Assembly (NCBI GenBank): GCA_963575745.1
Contig: CAUYUJ010000081.1
Coordinates: forward strand, 186,001 to 250,000
Source: Prorocentrum cordatum
Lineage: Eukaryota
DNA length: 64,000 nucleotides
Direction: 5' to 3'
Shown: one piece after another, positions 10,961 to 25,069 of the stretch
How positions within the stretch are numbered: the first letter of the stretch is position 1
How the letters are laid out: each line of letters opens with the position of its first letter
Translations under genes and position numbers: made by a program
Notes under the pieces: model-generated
Databases searched by the model: none
Told to the model about the DNA's origin: nothing
Seen by the model: the letters and a program-made list of their open reading frames with translations, nothing else

Positions 10961-12189
10961 GGACATGTTGTAAGATCTGTTTGGGGAAGTGTTACACATA
11001 GGAAGCGTTGGTTGAAACGGGGGGGGCTAAATAATGAGACGAACTGGGGTACTGGGTACATGAAGACGGGGGGCGGGGATGAACGAGGGAACAGGGAGGC
11101 ATAATGCGAGGGAGCTAGTTTTTTGCGAGGTCGCGTAGCTCAGCGGTCAGGGCACCGACGCGGGACACAAGGGATTGCCATTTGTCAAACGAATCAAAAC
11201 TCAACTGGTGCCGCCACCCTGCGCGCCGCATACGGCGGCTTCGACGCAGGCAGTTTCAAGCGGGCCGCGGGAACAACACGGCTACAATGATGCAAGTGCG
11301 GCGCAATTGCGCGACGAAAACAAAGCATCGCGCCCCGCGTCGCTGCCCTGCTAAAGCGACGGGGCACAAACAAACAGGAGCGACCAAGCGTTGGGTGGGG
11401 CGCGCGCCCACGGCAAACAAACGATAACTTTCCGCGCAACTAACGCGGGCCTCTGCTGAGACCCGCGGCCCCCATCGCAAAACTTGACCACGAACCACAC
11501 AAACCAGTGCCGACGCCGCGAGCAGCGAGGATCGCCCGCAGACAATTCACGAACAGATTACACAACTGGCGCGTCAATTGCGATACAGCTAGCGGATGTC
11601 AGACGCAAGGGCGGGGTAGACAGTCGAAGCACCAATGCCACTGTCATTCAGGGCGGACGCAGAAGACAAGAGTCGCACCAGCGAGCGGCGCATCGACAAT
11701 GATGCCCCTACCGCCGTTGGCGGCAGAGGCATCGAGCGAGGGGGCGGCGCGCGCCGACTCTCAACGAGACGCTGCCCCGAACTCAACCGACACGCTCGCG
11801 TCTCGTAGCAAGCGCGCCGCAGTTGCAAATAGAAACGGGTGGCTCGCACGCGCACAACAAATGCGAATCGCAGGCAAACGTGGATCAGATCGTGCTGCTT
11901 CTAAGACAAACATGCAAGTTGCAACGAAAAACACATGAATATTGCATGTAGTTCGCATACCAAGAAGTTGGATGGTGGAGCGAAATGACCCTGCAACTTC
12001 CTCGATTTCCTCCATTCTATAGAAACCACCGAACTCTGACCCCCACGGCTACACAAGTGATAGGGGGCCTTGATTATGGTCGGTTGTGCAAAAATATGCA
12101 GGGGATAAGTTTGAAAAAAAAGGGAATTCTTGGAATCCCCGTTTTTCAGATTGCCATGCCTAGGCCATGGGTCAGAAGTTTCCTGGATG

Positions 12190-13400
12190 CAGGCCGTGAC
12201 TGTTGGGACCCTCTGGGGGCCTTTCGGCGGCATGTTGGCCGACGTTCGGGGCCTCTTGGGAAGCTCTTGGTGTCTCCTGGGAGCCTCCTGGGAGTCTTTG
12301 AAGGCATCTGGGGGCGCCTCGAGAGCCTTTGCGAGAACCCTTGGGCTATCTTGAGGCAAGGCTCGAACCTTTCCCGGGAGTTTTCCATGAGTCTCCGCAG
12401 GCATCTGGGGGCGCCACGAGAACCTCTGGAAGAACCTTGGGGCCACCTTGGGGCAAAGCGCTCGTAAGGCTTTGGGAGGTCCCCTCTTTCGTCTCTTTCT
12501 TGGCGCGCGCGCGCGCTGACCTTCCAGCTAGGCTGGACAGGTGAACTCATGTGATCTCGATTTCTACGGTGGATTCAGGGGCAGCCAAGAGGACACGAAG
12601 ACGACCCGAAAGATTGCCAAGACAGCGTCAAAGAGTTCAACAGCATTCTCGAGTAATCTCTGCAATGTCACCCCGAAGTCTTGACGGGGCGGAATGAACT
12701 TAGAAAAAAAAAGGAAATCACTGGATTTCTTCTTCATTTTTTTTTCAAGTGAGGCCTCCTAACATGTAGTGCGCAGGAATCGGGGGGGGCCTAAGAGGCG
12801 TGCGGGAGGCTCTTGGGAGGCAGTTTGGAGGCCGCTGGGGGGGCTGTTTTTGGACCTGTTGGGGCCACTTTGGGGCCTCTTCAGGGCTCTTGGAGGCCTC
12901 AGGCTCTTTGGAGGACTCTTGGGGCCTCCTGGAGGCCTCTTGGAGCGGAAAGCCGGGATTGTCGATTTGCGTTCCACCTGTTGGGCGGCTTTTCGGGTCA
13001 TCTTGGGGCTCTCTTGGGCTGCCTCGGGGCGCTCTTGGGCCATCTTGGGGCCTTCTTGGCCCGTCTTGGATCCGTCTTGGGGGCTCTTGGGCGGTCGTGG
13101 GGCGGTCTTGGGGGCCTGTTCGGCCACCTTGAAGCGTTGGGAACTCGAAAACACGAGAAGGTTAAAAACCCAACAGAAGTCATGGAAATCAACGATTGTG
13201 GCCTCTTCGGGCACTCCTGGGACGCCTCTCGGAGATCTTTTGGGGCCCCTTGGAGGCCTCTGGGAGCCTGGAGAGCCGTCGGAAGTCTGTCTTGGGCTGC
13301 TCGGGAGCGTCTTGGGCCGTTCAGTCGCGTTCTGGGGGCTCCTGGGGGGGTCTTGGAGCGCTTTGGGGGTTCCCAGGAACGCCCTGGGGCGCGGTACTGG
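12190..13400. repeat. GGGGCCTCTTG / CAAGAGGCCCC-family degenerate repeat
   Basis: The same short-period family recurs at ~1920-2060, 23350-23650, 46160-46730, 46940-47680, 56000-56070 and 62930-63540. It produces RPPRGPQEAP pseudo-ORFs. Confidence 0.8.
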
Positions 13401-13479
13401 GAGTTGCCCCTAGATGTTCCGGATGTGTGGGACGCTCCGGGGGGGGGGGGCGTATGTTCATATCATGTGTATAGATATC

Positions 13480-13590
13480 TGTGTGTGTGTGTGTTTGTTT
13501 GTATGCAGTTCCGTCTGCCTGTCTGTCTGTCTGTCTGTCTGTCTTGTCTGTCTGCCTGTCTGTCTGCCTGTCTGTCTGTCTGTCTGTCTT

Positions 13591-13651
<61 letters not shown>

Positions 13652-13745
13652 GTCTCTGTCTGTCCGTCTGCCTGTCTGTCTGTCTGTCTCTGTCTGTATG
13701 CATGTATGCATGTATTCATGTGTATGCATGCATGCGTGCATGCAC

Positions 13746-13776
<31 letters not shown>

Positions 13777-13910
13777 TGCACACGTACATAGAGATTTGCA
13801 CATGCACGCATATGTGAAACATATATACAAACATACACATATGTATATATGTCTGTGGATGTGTGGATATGTGTATAGATAGATGGGCGCGTGTGGATGG
13901 ATCTATAGAT

Positions 13911-13945
<35 letters not shown>
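13480..13945. repeat. Compound microsatellite (TG)n/(TCTG)n/(TA)n
   Basis: Seen directly in the sequence. Confidence 0.95.
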
Positions 13946-13948
<3 letters not shown>

Positions 13949-15429
13949 CCCTCCTGCGATTGGTTCTGCCTCGACTCTCAGGACCCCTCTCAGCCATCGC
14001 GCTGCCTACCAGCCCCGGGCCACGCCGCGGCGACGGGCCTCCTGCGCGCTCAGGCACTCCTCCGCCTTGGCGTCCCGCTCGTGCTCCGCTTCCCGCAACT
14101 CGCGGGCCGGCTCCGCTGGGGGGTGCCCCTGCTGCTCCCCTCGGGTCTGGCGGGGCCCTCAGGGGGGTGGCAACCCAAACCCCCTCGAGTCATGGAAAAA
14201 ATCACGACGGAAGGCTGTTCCCCAGTTCCTGCCTCTGGGAGCCTTTGCTGGGCCTCTGGACGGTGAGATAGACACTCAGGATAAAAAGCTGGCCCCCCGG
14301 AATGGGTCGAGACACCTGGGGGTCGACGTCATAAAAAGTCATGTCGGGGGTCTGGGGAAGGCGAGGAGGGGGGGCCCTGAGATCCAGGCCTTGCAGTTGT
14401 TTCACACTAGGCGTGTTTGCCAGGTCTCCGGCCCCGAACCATCATGGATCGATCCAGCTCGAAAAGCGCCGCAGAACGATATGGCCTGGGGCTCCGGTCG
14501 TGAACTCTCGCACTGTTGCAATGTTGTCGCAGCGTCGGATCTCAGGAGGCCGAAAAGGAAGGAGAGCCCAGAATCAAATCGATGAGTCAGACCAGCGAAC
14601 GAAATGAACCGGATCGACAGGAATCGGCAGCCAAGTCGGGGGGAGTCGAATCGGTGGAAATCGGCAGGCTAATAAGGCCTCTATTGAGAAACCGAAATCC
14701 TGATCGGAGTCCGAAGACGAATCGGAATCGATCAATGGAATCGAATCGAGTCGGATGAGTCGAAGTGAGCCTTGCATTCTGAGAGGCGCCCCTGCCTGGT
14801 CAGGGGGCAGCCCCCTCTCGCCCTGCCACCTCTTCCGCGCCGCCGACAGCTGCTCGCCTTGGATCACAGGTCGATAGGGCCCCCTGTAAAACAGATCGGA
14901 GGGAGGGGTCGCCCTGAGCAGGTGCGCAGTCGAGTCGATCGATGTCGAGCGCGGACCTAAGTCGGCACGCGTGGTTGAATCGACAGAATCTTTGTCAGCC
15001 CTTCGCACTGGGCAGGGGATGGTGGAGTGGGCAGACGAGGATGGAAGAGAGGGGTGGGGGAGAATCGAACGGGAGGAGGAGGAGGAGGAGGAGGGAATAT
15101 GGAGAGTATGGTGATGAGAAAAGGGGAGAAGAGGGGGGAATGATGTTATCGACTATCTCGGAGGTGTCGTCGACTACTGGAAAGTAAGACTCAAAAACGT
15201 CCCGCTCATAGCCGTTTGGTTGCTGATGTGATGGCAAGCCCTTTGATGTCGTGCCGCGTTATGGCCATCTGCATTGCCTTCGTCGCCGCAGGCGACATCA
15301 GGAAGACGGCGATTCCCAGTACGCTCTCCACATACCAGAGAATTCGCACAAACTCGGAACCCTGAACGTAGTGTCTTATGAGACATGATATTGGACGGTC
15401 TTTACACACACATGCTCTCTCTCTCTCTG

Positions 15430-15461
<32 letters not shown>

Positions 15462-15769
15462 GTCTCTCTATCTCTCTCTCTATCCCTCTCTCTCTCTCTC
15501 ACACCCGCACTGTTTGGCGTCGCGGCCACACGCGCAGCGGCGCGGCGTAGGAAATCGGGCAAAGAGACGCGCGCGGACGGCCCAGATTACGCGACGTGGA
15601 GATACGGAATCTGCCCATCGGAGATGAACATCATCAATCGCGAAGGGGCGGTCGAGAGGGGAGCAGCGGGGGAGAGCAGAAGGGAGGGAGACAGGGAGAA
15701 GTCCCGAGCAGCGCGCAATACACACATCTCCGCCGACGCGACACCTCGCGCGGATTAGACAATACTTAC

Positions 15770-16900
15770 TTACACCCATGGGGCGACAACCCTGTACGGA
15801 CAAGTCTTCGACCTCAAGCCGTGAAGCCTTCAAGGCCAGAGCAGTCATCGTCGTTTACGTTGGAAGCATACCACGCGACACGACAAACGATTCCACGCAT
15901 CCTGGCTGGAAGCTGGCAGCGGTCAGACATCCGTTGCGATGCGCTGTGCAGCTGCTGCGGCCGAATGTGACGGCGAGCAGAACTGCGAGAGTACGACAGC
16001 ATAGCCTGACATGCGTGGAAGGCTGCATGGCGCGGCGTTCCAGCTCGCGACTCTTAGTGGCGAATTGCTGACGGCGTCGCGAAGGAGAGCATCTTCTCGA
16101 ACTGAACGGCAAATGCAGGTGGAGTTTAACTTCCTTCCGATGCCTGCGGGCGCCTCGACCCTCGAACGCCTTTTGTGCAAAAGCTCGGAACGCAGGTCCA
16201 ACACATGTGTATCGAGGCGTTGCCTGGTCTCTTGTCCCTGAAGCGGGGCCGCCTGCCCTTGACAGCGATGTGACAGTGCTCGGCTGCGCTTGCACGAACC
16301 GAGAATGAGGGTGGCCTCCAACACAATAGTGTGGGCGAGAGGTGCATGCTGTTGCAAACGCCTGGCGTCGCAGAGAGCTCTTGCTCACCCTTCCAACGTT
16401 CGCGCGCAGAGGCCTCATGGAGGGCAGCAGACTGCGGCGTTGCACCACCCCGTCGATAGAAAACCCGTGAACTGGCACAGCCAGCCAAGCGCTGCCACGA
16501 GCTATACCAATTGTGGGATTCGCGAACTGGTTTCACCACCAACCACCTTTCAAGATCAGTCGTGGACGTCGGTGCCCGGCCCGTGAGGCCATCGGCCCAC
16601 GGCGCAAAAAAATCCTGCAGCAGCGGATCTACCTCTCTCCTGCACTGGAATGGCCTCGAGCCCCGACCGTATGAAGCCGCATACTTTGCCCCCTGCTCAT
16701 CAGCACCTGCAGCGCCGTGCAGAGTACTGGCCGACGGCGCACCCCCCCACCCTCTTGCACATACCATACCGCACAGGTGGGCGGAAGCCCTCCTGGGACC
16801 TGCACAGGCGCTCTCCTGGCACCAAGACGCGCGGCAACTTGAAGCCCGAGGACACACAAATAAATGCAAGCAAATCCCAGGATTCCCCATATGTTCCACA
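15770..16900 (-). pseudogene. Possible highly decayed retroelement coding remnant
   Basis: Complex sequence with protein-like stretches (LQDFFAPWADGLTG...ERWLVVKP...W), but no diagnostic catalytic motif recognised. Confidence 0.25.
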
Positions 16901-17746
16901 TTAGATGCTCGTCTTCCCCTCCATTTCCCATATTTCCGAATTTTCATTGGAGTCGACGACTACTTATGTCTGTTTGTCTTTCCCCTGTTGAATCCTGGCG
17001 TTCCCCACCCAAGGTGCGCTGACTTCGCCGGCACGCGACGCCCATCAAACCATCGCCAGCACACGCTAGCCGTCGGCCCTCTGGGGAATACCCGAAACCG
17101 CAGAGGGCGTTCAGAAGCCATCTGTGGGGATCTCTGTTGGATGAACAAAACAGAACACAAACATAACCCTCAGATGTTAATGCGGATTTCTTGGATCTGC
17201 CCTTGCTGACCCACCCCTCCCTGGCGCGCGGGAGCGCGCCAGGGGTGGCGCCAGAGGCGCCGTCAGGGAGGCCCCGCGGCCCAGCGCCGCCGCGAGAAAT
17301 CCGCGCGGACCCCCAGACAAGTATGATTGCTCTGCAGTTTTGTTTTCGAGCTCGGATGCCATCCTTCAACGGCGAACCCCGGGGAGGAAGTGAGAAGGGG
17401 CAGGCCTTCTGAGAAAGCGGCGGGGCTTCTCAGAGGCGCACCAGCCTTCTCAGCAGCCGACTACGCCTTCGGAAAAGGCCTAGAAAGCTTGTCCAAAGCC
17501 CGCAGGCCTTCTGAGCCTTCTGAGCCTTCTGAGAATCCAGCAACGAAGCCTACATAGGGACGTCCACTGGTGTTGTCACGGCGAGGTCAATCATGAGAGA
17601 ACCTCCTGCCGATCAGTGGAATCTGATATGTTGGAGGCTTTCAGAAAGCCTTCAACATATCGGATTCCAGGGGTTTCCAGGGGAGGCCCCAGAAATTCTG
17701 GGGCCTCCCCTGGAAACCCGTGCCGCAAGGCGAATGAAATCAGGAT

Positions 17747-20606
17747 GTGATGCCGAGAGCTGTCGTAATTAAGCCGGTGCTGGAGGAGAACCTCCCGGCA
17801 CCTGGACAGCCGCAGGATGACCAATCAGTCGTCTATCGTCGTGTGCACACTTTGCAGAATGATTTGTTGAAATACAGCTTTACTCAAACCTGTGCGGGTT
17901 GCCATGCTCAATTCACAAGTTCACCACCAGTCGCACACGACGAAACGTGTCGTAAGCGAATCGTGAAAGAATTGGAGAAAACAGTCGAAGGGAGAGGAAG
18001 AATTCGTAGAACGGCACAGCGGCTATCCAGCTAGGAACCGCTTCCTGCCAAGAGGCCGAAAACGGAACAAACAGAAATGCATGAACGAAGGGAGAAAAGA
18101 CCTCTGGGGGAAGATCCCCAAGTCGAAGCAAAGGCTAATTAGCCGAACCCACTGGACAAACGACCTCAGGGGGAGGATCCTCAAAGCAACACCAAGGCAA
18201 CCAAACCAAACCTGACAGAAAAGCAGAGAAACTATTTTTTGAGGAACCAATGGATACAGGTGGATGACGTGTCAATGCCTGAACCGGCGACCCCGGCAAT
18301 CAGCGCATTTGCAAACGCATGTAAACATGAGTTGTGTAGCGCTGCGCAATGTTAAAATAATGTAGGCTTAACTTATACAAGTGATGTTCGAGAAGTGCTG
18401 AAAGCTCCGCGTGCATCTTCTCTTTCATGTAATTTTAGTTTGAGCCCAGGTTTTGTATCAGATTTTAGGTTTCCATGTGTAGACAAAAGCAAAAGTTGCG
18501 AATTCAGTAATAGCGACGATCTGAAGACAGCCCTGACCGTTGTTCATGAAACAACGCCGACGTTATTGATCGCGTCGTCTGCCGGCAATGGCCAGCACCC
18601 CAAAAATTGTGTAATCATGTTCGTGGCTGTGTTGATCTGTACACAACGCAGAGAGATAATGGAAGATCTTTTTTGGACGCGCAACCGGATTGCGCAATGT
18701 TTGCAAAGCATCCGGCAATGCAATCGTTGTTTCAATGTGAGACACCACACGTCATTCCGGGACAAACGCGCGCAGACGCACGCGTGAACAGGCCGTTTTG
18801 TTTTGTCACAAACAGCCCGTATCTTGCATCGGAGATGAAAACAGAGCTTGCCATGGCGAGTTTTTCTTATGTTTTCCGTGAGTGCAGCTAGATCGAGCAA
18901 TGTACATTTCAATGCTGTTGTCTCCGAGGTTCCACGCAACTATTTTGAGAGGGTTGCTTCAACAATTGAAGGCCGACGGGAAAGCCTACCCGTTCATAAT
19001 AGGGACAGTTTGCTGTGAAGAGCCCCAATTTGATTTTAATGAGTGGTGCTCTGAACAAGAAGTTTTCGATGACAACACAAGTGCTAAATTGCCGTCGCAA
19101 TTAGTGCAAGAAACAATGTTGAAAGACATCGGGGAATTCCAAACACATGGGGTGTACGTGAAAGTCCCGAGGTCGGAAGCATTTAAAGTAACGGGAAACC
19201 CTCCAACCTCGATCAGATGGGGAATTTGTAAACAAAGGAGATGATCAGAATGCTGAGATCCGTGCTCGATTAGTTGCGAGAGAAGTGTAAAAAGAGACAA
19301 GCGTACAGATTTGTTCGCAACAGCACCTCCACTTGAGGCAAAGAAGTTTGTGTTCAGTCATGCGGCAACCCAAAAGGTCCACAAATCTGGTTAATTCCTA
19401 AAACTTCGATCCATTGATGCTGTCCGTGCGTATTTTCACGCTGATGCGATTCAGAGAAATTTACATCGAGCTTCCAGAGCAAGATGCCGAACCCGGCATG
19501 GTAGGCAAACTGACTCGTTGCATGTCTGGCACCAGAGATGCAGCGCAAGGCTGGGCTCGATTTCACACGAAGTTTTAACTCAGGCGGGATTCGTTCAAGG
19601 TCGTTCGAGCCCGTGCATTTTCTACGAACCCACGCGGGACGTAAGATTAGTTGTGCACGGCGTCTTCTGACGATGACGGCCTTGAATGGTTCACTGGAGT
19701 GTTGGAGTCATCGCTTGCCCTCACGGTGAGAGCAACACTAGGACCTGAAGACGGTGATGACAAAAGTGTCTGGATTCTTAAGCGGATTGTGTCTTGGACC
19801 AGAATTGGCTTGGAGTACGAGTGTGACCAACGACATGTTGAATTGATCGTGAGAGACAGCGGAATCGAGGATGAACGAGCGAAAGCGTGTTCCACTCCTG
19901 GTGTGAAAGACGTACTTGATTCAGATGAAGATCTGCAGTTGCTTTCTCCAGACATAGTCACGAAATTCCGAACTCTGTGCATGCGCATTATCTACATTGC
20001 ACAAGACCGTAGCGACATTCAATACGCAGCAAAAGAGTTGGCGCGAGGAATGCAACAACCAACAGTACGGCATTGGAACTAGATGAAAAGACTCGCTCGC
20101 TACTTAAAAGGGCGTCAACGTTTAGTGCTGGAGTATCCGTTTCAAGATTATTGTTCTTTCTTTGATGTGTTCGCGGGCACAGACCACGCTAGTTGTTTGA
20201 GAACTAGGGAAAGCACAAACGGAGGAGCATTGATGTCCGGTCTACATGCAATCAAAACTTGGAGCAGCACGCAAAACGTCATCGCACTCAGCTCTGGAGA
20301 AGCAGAGTTCTACGGAAGAGTAAAAGGCGCAAGTGTTTTGCTAGGAGCGTTGTCTTTATCATGTGACTTTGGATTTGTTTTAAAAGGGCGTCTGAGCACA
20401 GACAGTTCAGCCGGTTAAGGAATAGATTCCAGGCTGGGACTGTGTAAAGTGAAACACCTTCACACCCAGTACTTGTGGGTTCAAGAGAGACTCGCAAACA
20501 ATGATGTCGTCATCCGAAAATCGGCACTGACGAGAACGCAGGAGATCTCATGACAAAGTACTTGGACAGACCCAAGTTAGACAATTTCTGCAAGAAGCTC
20601 GGCTAA
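17747..20606 (+). mobile_element. Ty1/copia LTR retrotransposon 3' half: post-integrase Cys/His motif, DNMT-like domain, RT, RNase H (decayed)
   Basis: YSFTQTCAGC..HDETCRKRI. RT motifs SIRW, IRARLVARE, PPLEAKK, DAVRAYFHA, GTRDAAQGW, LVVHG. RNase H motifs TDHASC..TRESTNGG, SSTQNVIALSSGEAEFY, DSSA, KHL..QYLWVQE, DLMTKYL. Many frameshifts. Confidence 0.9.
18380..18985 (+). pseudogene. Decayed cytosine-methyltransferase-like domain inside the copia pol
   Basis: EVLKAPR...SPGFVSDF...PTLLIASS, LY..QRDNGRSFL..QP, RPFCFVTNS, and P.FHATILRGL are colinear with the ExxSPPR / SPPC / EHP / KPT / YP pattern. Confidence 0.5.
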
Positions 20607-20860
20607 GCCACGCGCGGCGGAAGACACGAGTTAGCACCACAACTTGCGAATCAGCACCTTCGTTTCGAACGTGTTGGAAGAACAACAATGGCTTGAGCCA
20701 GGCTCGGCAGCACCAGCTAGAGAAAAGAGCAAAACAATGTTCTTCGACATCAGCGGCAATGGGCCCAAGTTGGTCCAACCGCAAAATTCCGTGAATCCCC
20801 GCTCCACTACCGAAAGCTTCGTAGAGACACCGTGCGCGAGGAACCGCTCGCCCTAGGTGT

Positions 20861-21100
20861 AGGAGGAGTGTGGGAATGTATACCCCCAGCGTAGCATGTA
20901 GAGGGGCAGAATAGAAGGCAGTTGAACCGCAGCCGTTCCAGGTTTCATTTAGAGCCCTATGAAAAGGCATCAGATCGTATACATTCCTTTCAGCGCCTTC
21001 GGCGAGCTCGTTGTATAATTTGCCTACTTTGCGGCGGCATGTGTCACAACCTCGCAGACTGTCTATGTCCCCGCCGCTCCCTCACTCTTATCCGCAACTG
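20861..21100 (+). mobile_element. Polypurine tract (AGGAGGAG) and probable start of the 3' LTR (TG at 20869)
   Basis: A purine run immediately followed by TGTGGGAATG downstream of RNase H. The LTR end is not determined. Confidence 0.5.
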
Positions 21101-21229
21101 CGGGGTGCTACGAACTAATTATCGGAGGTGAGGGGGTGAGATCGAAAAGGAACGGAGAGCCCCCCTACCGGGAAATCGATTGCGGTTTCGTGTTCGTGCG
21201 TGCCGTGCGCGCGGGCGAGGCGAAGCTGC

Positions 21230-22730
<1,501 letters not shown>

Positions 22731-22948
22731 AGACGTTGGTTCCTCCCCCCCAGGAACCTCCTTATCACCCGAAGGGTGGTCGTATAGGTATAAGGACCTC
22801 TGGGAACCTGGGACTGCGGCCCGCGTGTCACCCGGCGGTACACGGCGCCACGAAGCGACATACGAACCCTACCCGCACCAACCATAGATTTTCCTGAATC
22901 GATGTGAGGCGGCGGGGAGGTTCGGATTCCGCAACTTGTTCAACGAAT

Positions 22949-24313
22949 CCCACCAGCCCTTTGGGCGTGAGTGGTTTAGAGAGCTCTCTCTGTCCTCAAC
23001 CCCCCAACCCCCCTTCTTCCCCTTCGGGGAGGGGTTTACCCCTCCCCCATACCCCCCTCCCCCTGGGCCTGGAGAGGGAGTTCCGCGGGTCGTTGGAGGG
23101 GTCTTTTTCGATTCCTGGGAGGGCCAAAAAACGACGACCCTCACGAGGATTCTGGCCCCGACGGGGGGATTGAGAAAAAACCCTCTCCTCTTCTGTGAAG
23201 CCAAAATCATTGATTTTACTACGGTTTTGGCCCCATTTTGGCCTTCTGAGGGGGCAGCGCTCCTCTTCCTTGTTCTCAAAATCATTGATTTTACGACGGT
23301 GTTGGGCTCATTTTGTCATTCTCAGGGGGTAGCTCTCCTTTGCGCTTCTGAGGAGGCCGCAAGAAGCCCCAAGATGGCCCCAAGAGGCCCCCAGAAGGCT
23401 CCCAAGAGGCCTCCAAGAGGCTCCCAAGAGGCCCCCAAGCGGCCCGAAGAGGCCCCCAAGAGGACCCCAAGAGGCCCCCAAGAGGCCCCACGAGGCCCCC
23501 AAGAGGCCCCCAAGAGGCCCCCAAGAGGCTCCCAAGAGGCCCCCCAGAGGCCCACGACGCCCAAAGAGGCCCCCAAGAGGCCCCCAAGAGGCCCCCAAGA
23601 GGCCCCCAAGAGGCCACACGAGGCTCCAAGAGGCCCCCAAGGGGCCCCACGAGGAGCCCGAACGACTCACATCAGGACGAGGGGCCCGAACGACTCACAC
23701 CACGAGAAGCCCGAACGACTCACACCAGGACGAAGAGCCCGAACGACTCACACCACGAAGAGCCCGAACGACTCACACCACAAGGAGGGGCCCGAACGAC
23801 TCACACCAGGACGAGGCGCCCGAACGACTCACACCACGAGGAGCCCGAACGACTCACACCACGACGCGGGCCCCGAACGACTCACACCACGAGGAGCCCG
23901 AACGAGTCACACCAGGAGGAGGGGCCCGAACGACTCACACCAGGACGAGGGGCCCGAACAACTCACACCACGAGAAGCCCGAACGACTCACACCAGGACG
24001 AAGAGCCCGAACGACTCACACCACGAAGAGCCCGAACGACTCACACCAGGAAGAAGGGCCCGAACGACTCAGACCAGGACGAGAAACCCCAAACGACTCA
24101 AACCACGAGGAGCGCTTTCTCTCCCTCCTCCTTCGCCTCGTCCTTCTCCCGCTCCCCCCACAAGGAGGATGTACAAGGATGCGGGAGGAAGGAGGAACAG
24201 GGGAGATATGCGGGGCCCAGCGGACACACGCCTGAAAAACACGACTGTCGGCATGCTTCGCGAGAGTTGCTGCTGTGAGATGGGCTGGTGGGGATACGCG
24301 AAGCGTAAAGAAT
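22949..24313 (+). mobile_element. Non-autonomous asymmetric-TIR element H3 (second sequence family)
   Basis: Left CCCACCAGCCC (22949-22959) with hairpin GCCC-TTT-GGGC. Right GGGCTGGTGGG (24282-24292) followed by TACGC-GAA-GCGTA (24295-24307). GAAT occurs at both junctions. The interior holds CAAGAGGCCCC and CCCGAACGACTCACACC tandem repeats. Confidence 0.75.
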
Positions 24314-25069
24314 TCCGAAGCTACAGCCGCCGCCCATCGAGTGACCTGAATCGGTGATCGGCGAGGGTACGGTTCGGACTTCGCCGCCGAGTCTCGGCGC
24401 CCCATGCATGAGCCGCCGTGTTCCAGAAGGCTGGGCCAGGTCGTGGCTCTGCGCTCCCAGGCGGTGGCGTTGGCGGCGGCGTGCTGCGGCCAGAGAGCTT
24501 TGACGCGGGAGCAGAACACATGTGCGCAGCACCCCTGCCGCTGCGGATAAGAGTGAGGGGGCGGCGCGGGGTGGTTCGCGGGTGGGTCGCGGGGTGGTTC
24601 GCGGGGTGGCTCGCGGAGGACCAGGGTACCCGAAACGCCAGAGCCCTTTGTCCCTGTCAGGAAGGCGAAGGAACAGGGAGGTCGGTCGGGCTCGGCATTG
24701 CAGCAGTCTGCGTGCCGTCTTGCTGAAGGCCCTCACCCCGAGAACCAAGGGGGGTATACTTGTAGCATTCGCCACCCTCCCCAGCGGAGGGAGCCCCAGC
24801 ACTGAGCCCCAGGCGGGGGGCTCAGCAGGGAGGAGGGAGGGAGGAGGGAGAGGGTGGGGAGCAGGGAGGAGGAGGAAGCGCGAAGAATGGGGAGGAGGGA
24901 GCAGGAGGGACAGGCGAGGAGGAAGCAGGGAGGGGCGCACGCAGAGGGCCCTCGCCTTCTCCTCGAGCTCGGCGATCTTGGACGTCTTCTGGTTCTTCTG
25001 CGGAGGGGGGGCCGCCAAGCTGCACGAGGCCACGCGCGCTGTGCAGACCCCTGTTCCCACGCCCGGAAG

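Noticed and set aside
11129..11200. tRNA gene (GGTCGCGTAGCTCAGCGGTCAGGGC resembles an A-box/D-arm)
   Set aside because: No T-arm GTTCRA B-box and no acceptor-stem complement downstream.
22936..24357. 473-aa ORF and similar long ORFs (12813-13817, 34221-35390, 56190-57509, 56676-58484)
   Set aside because: These are translations of tandem repeats or alternative frames of GC-rich elements, with no domain signature.
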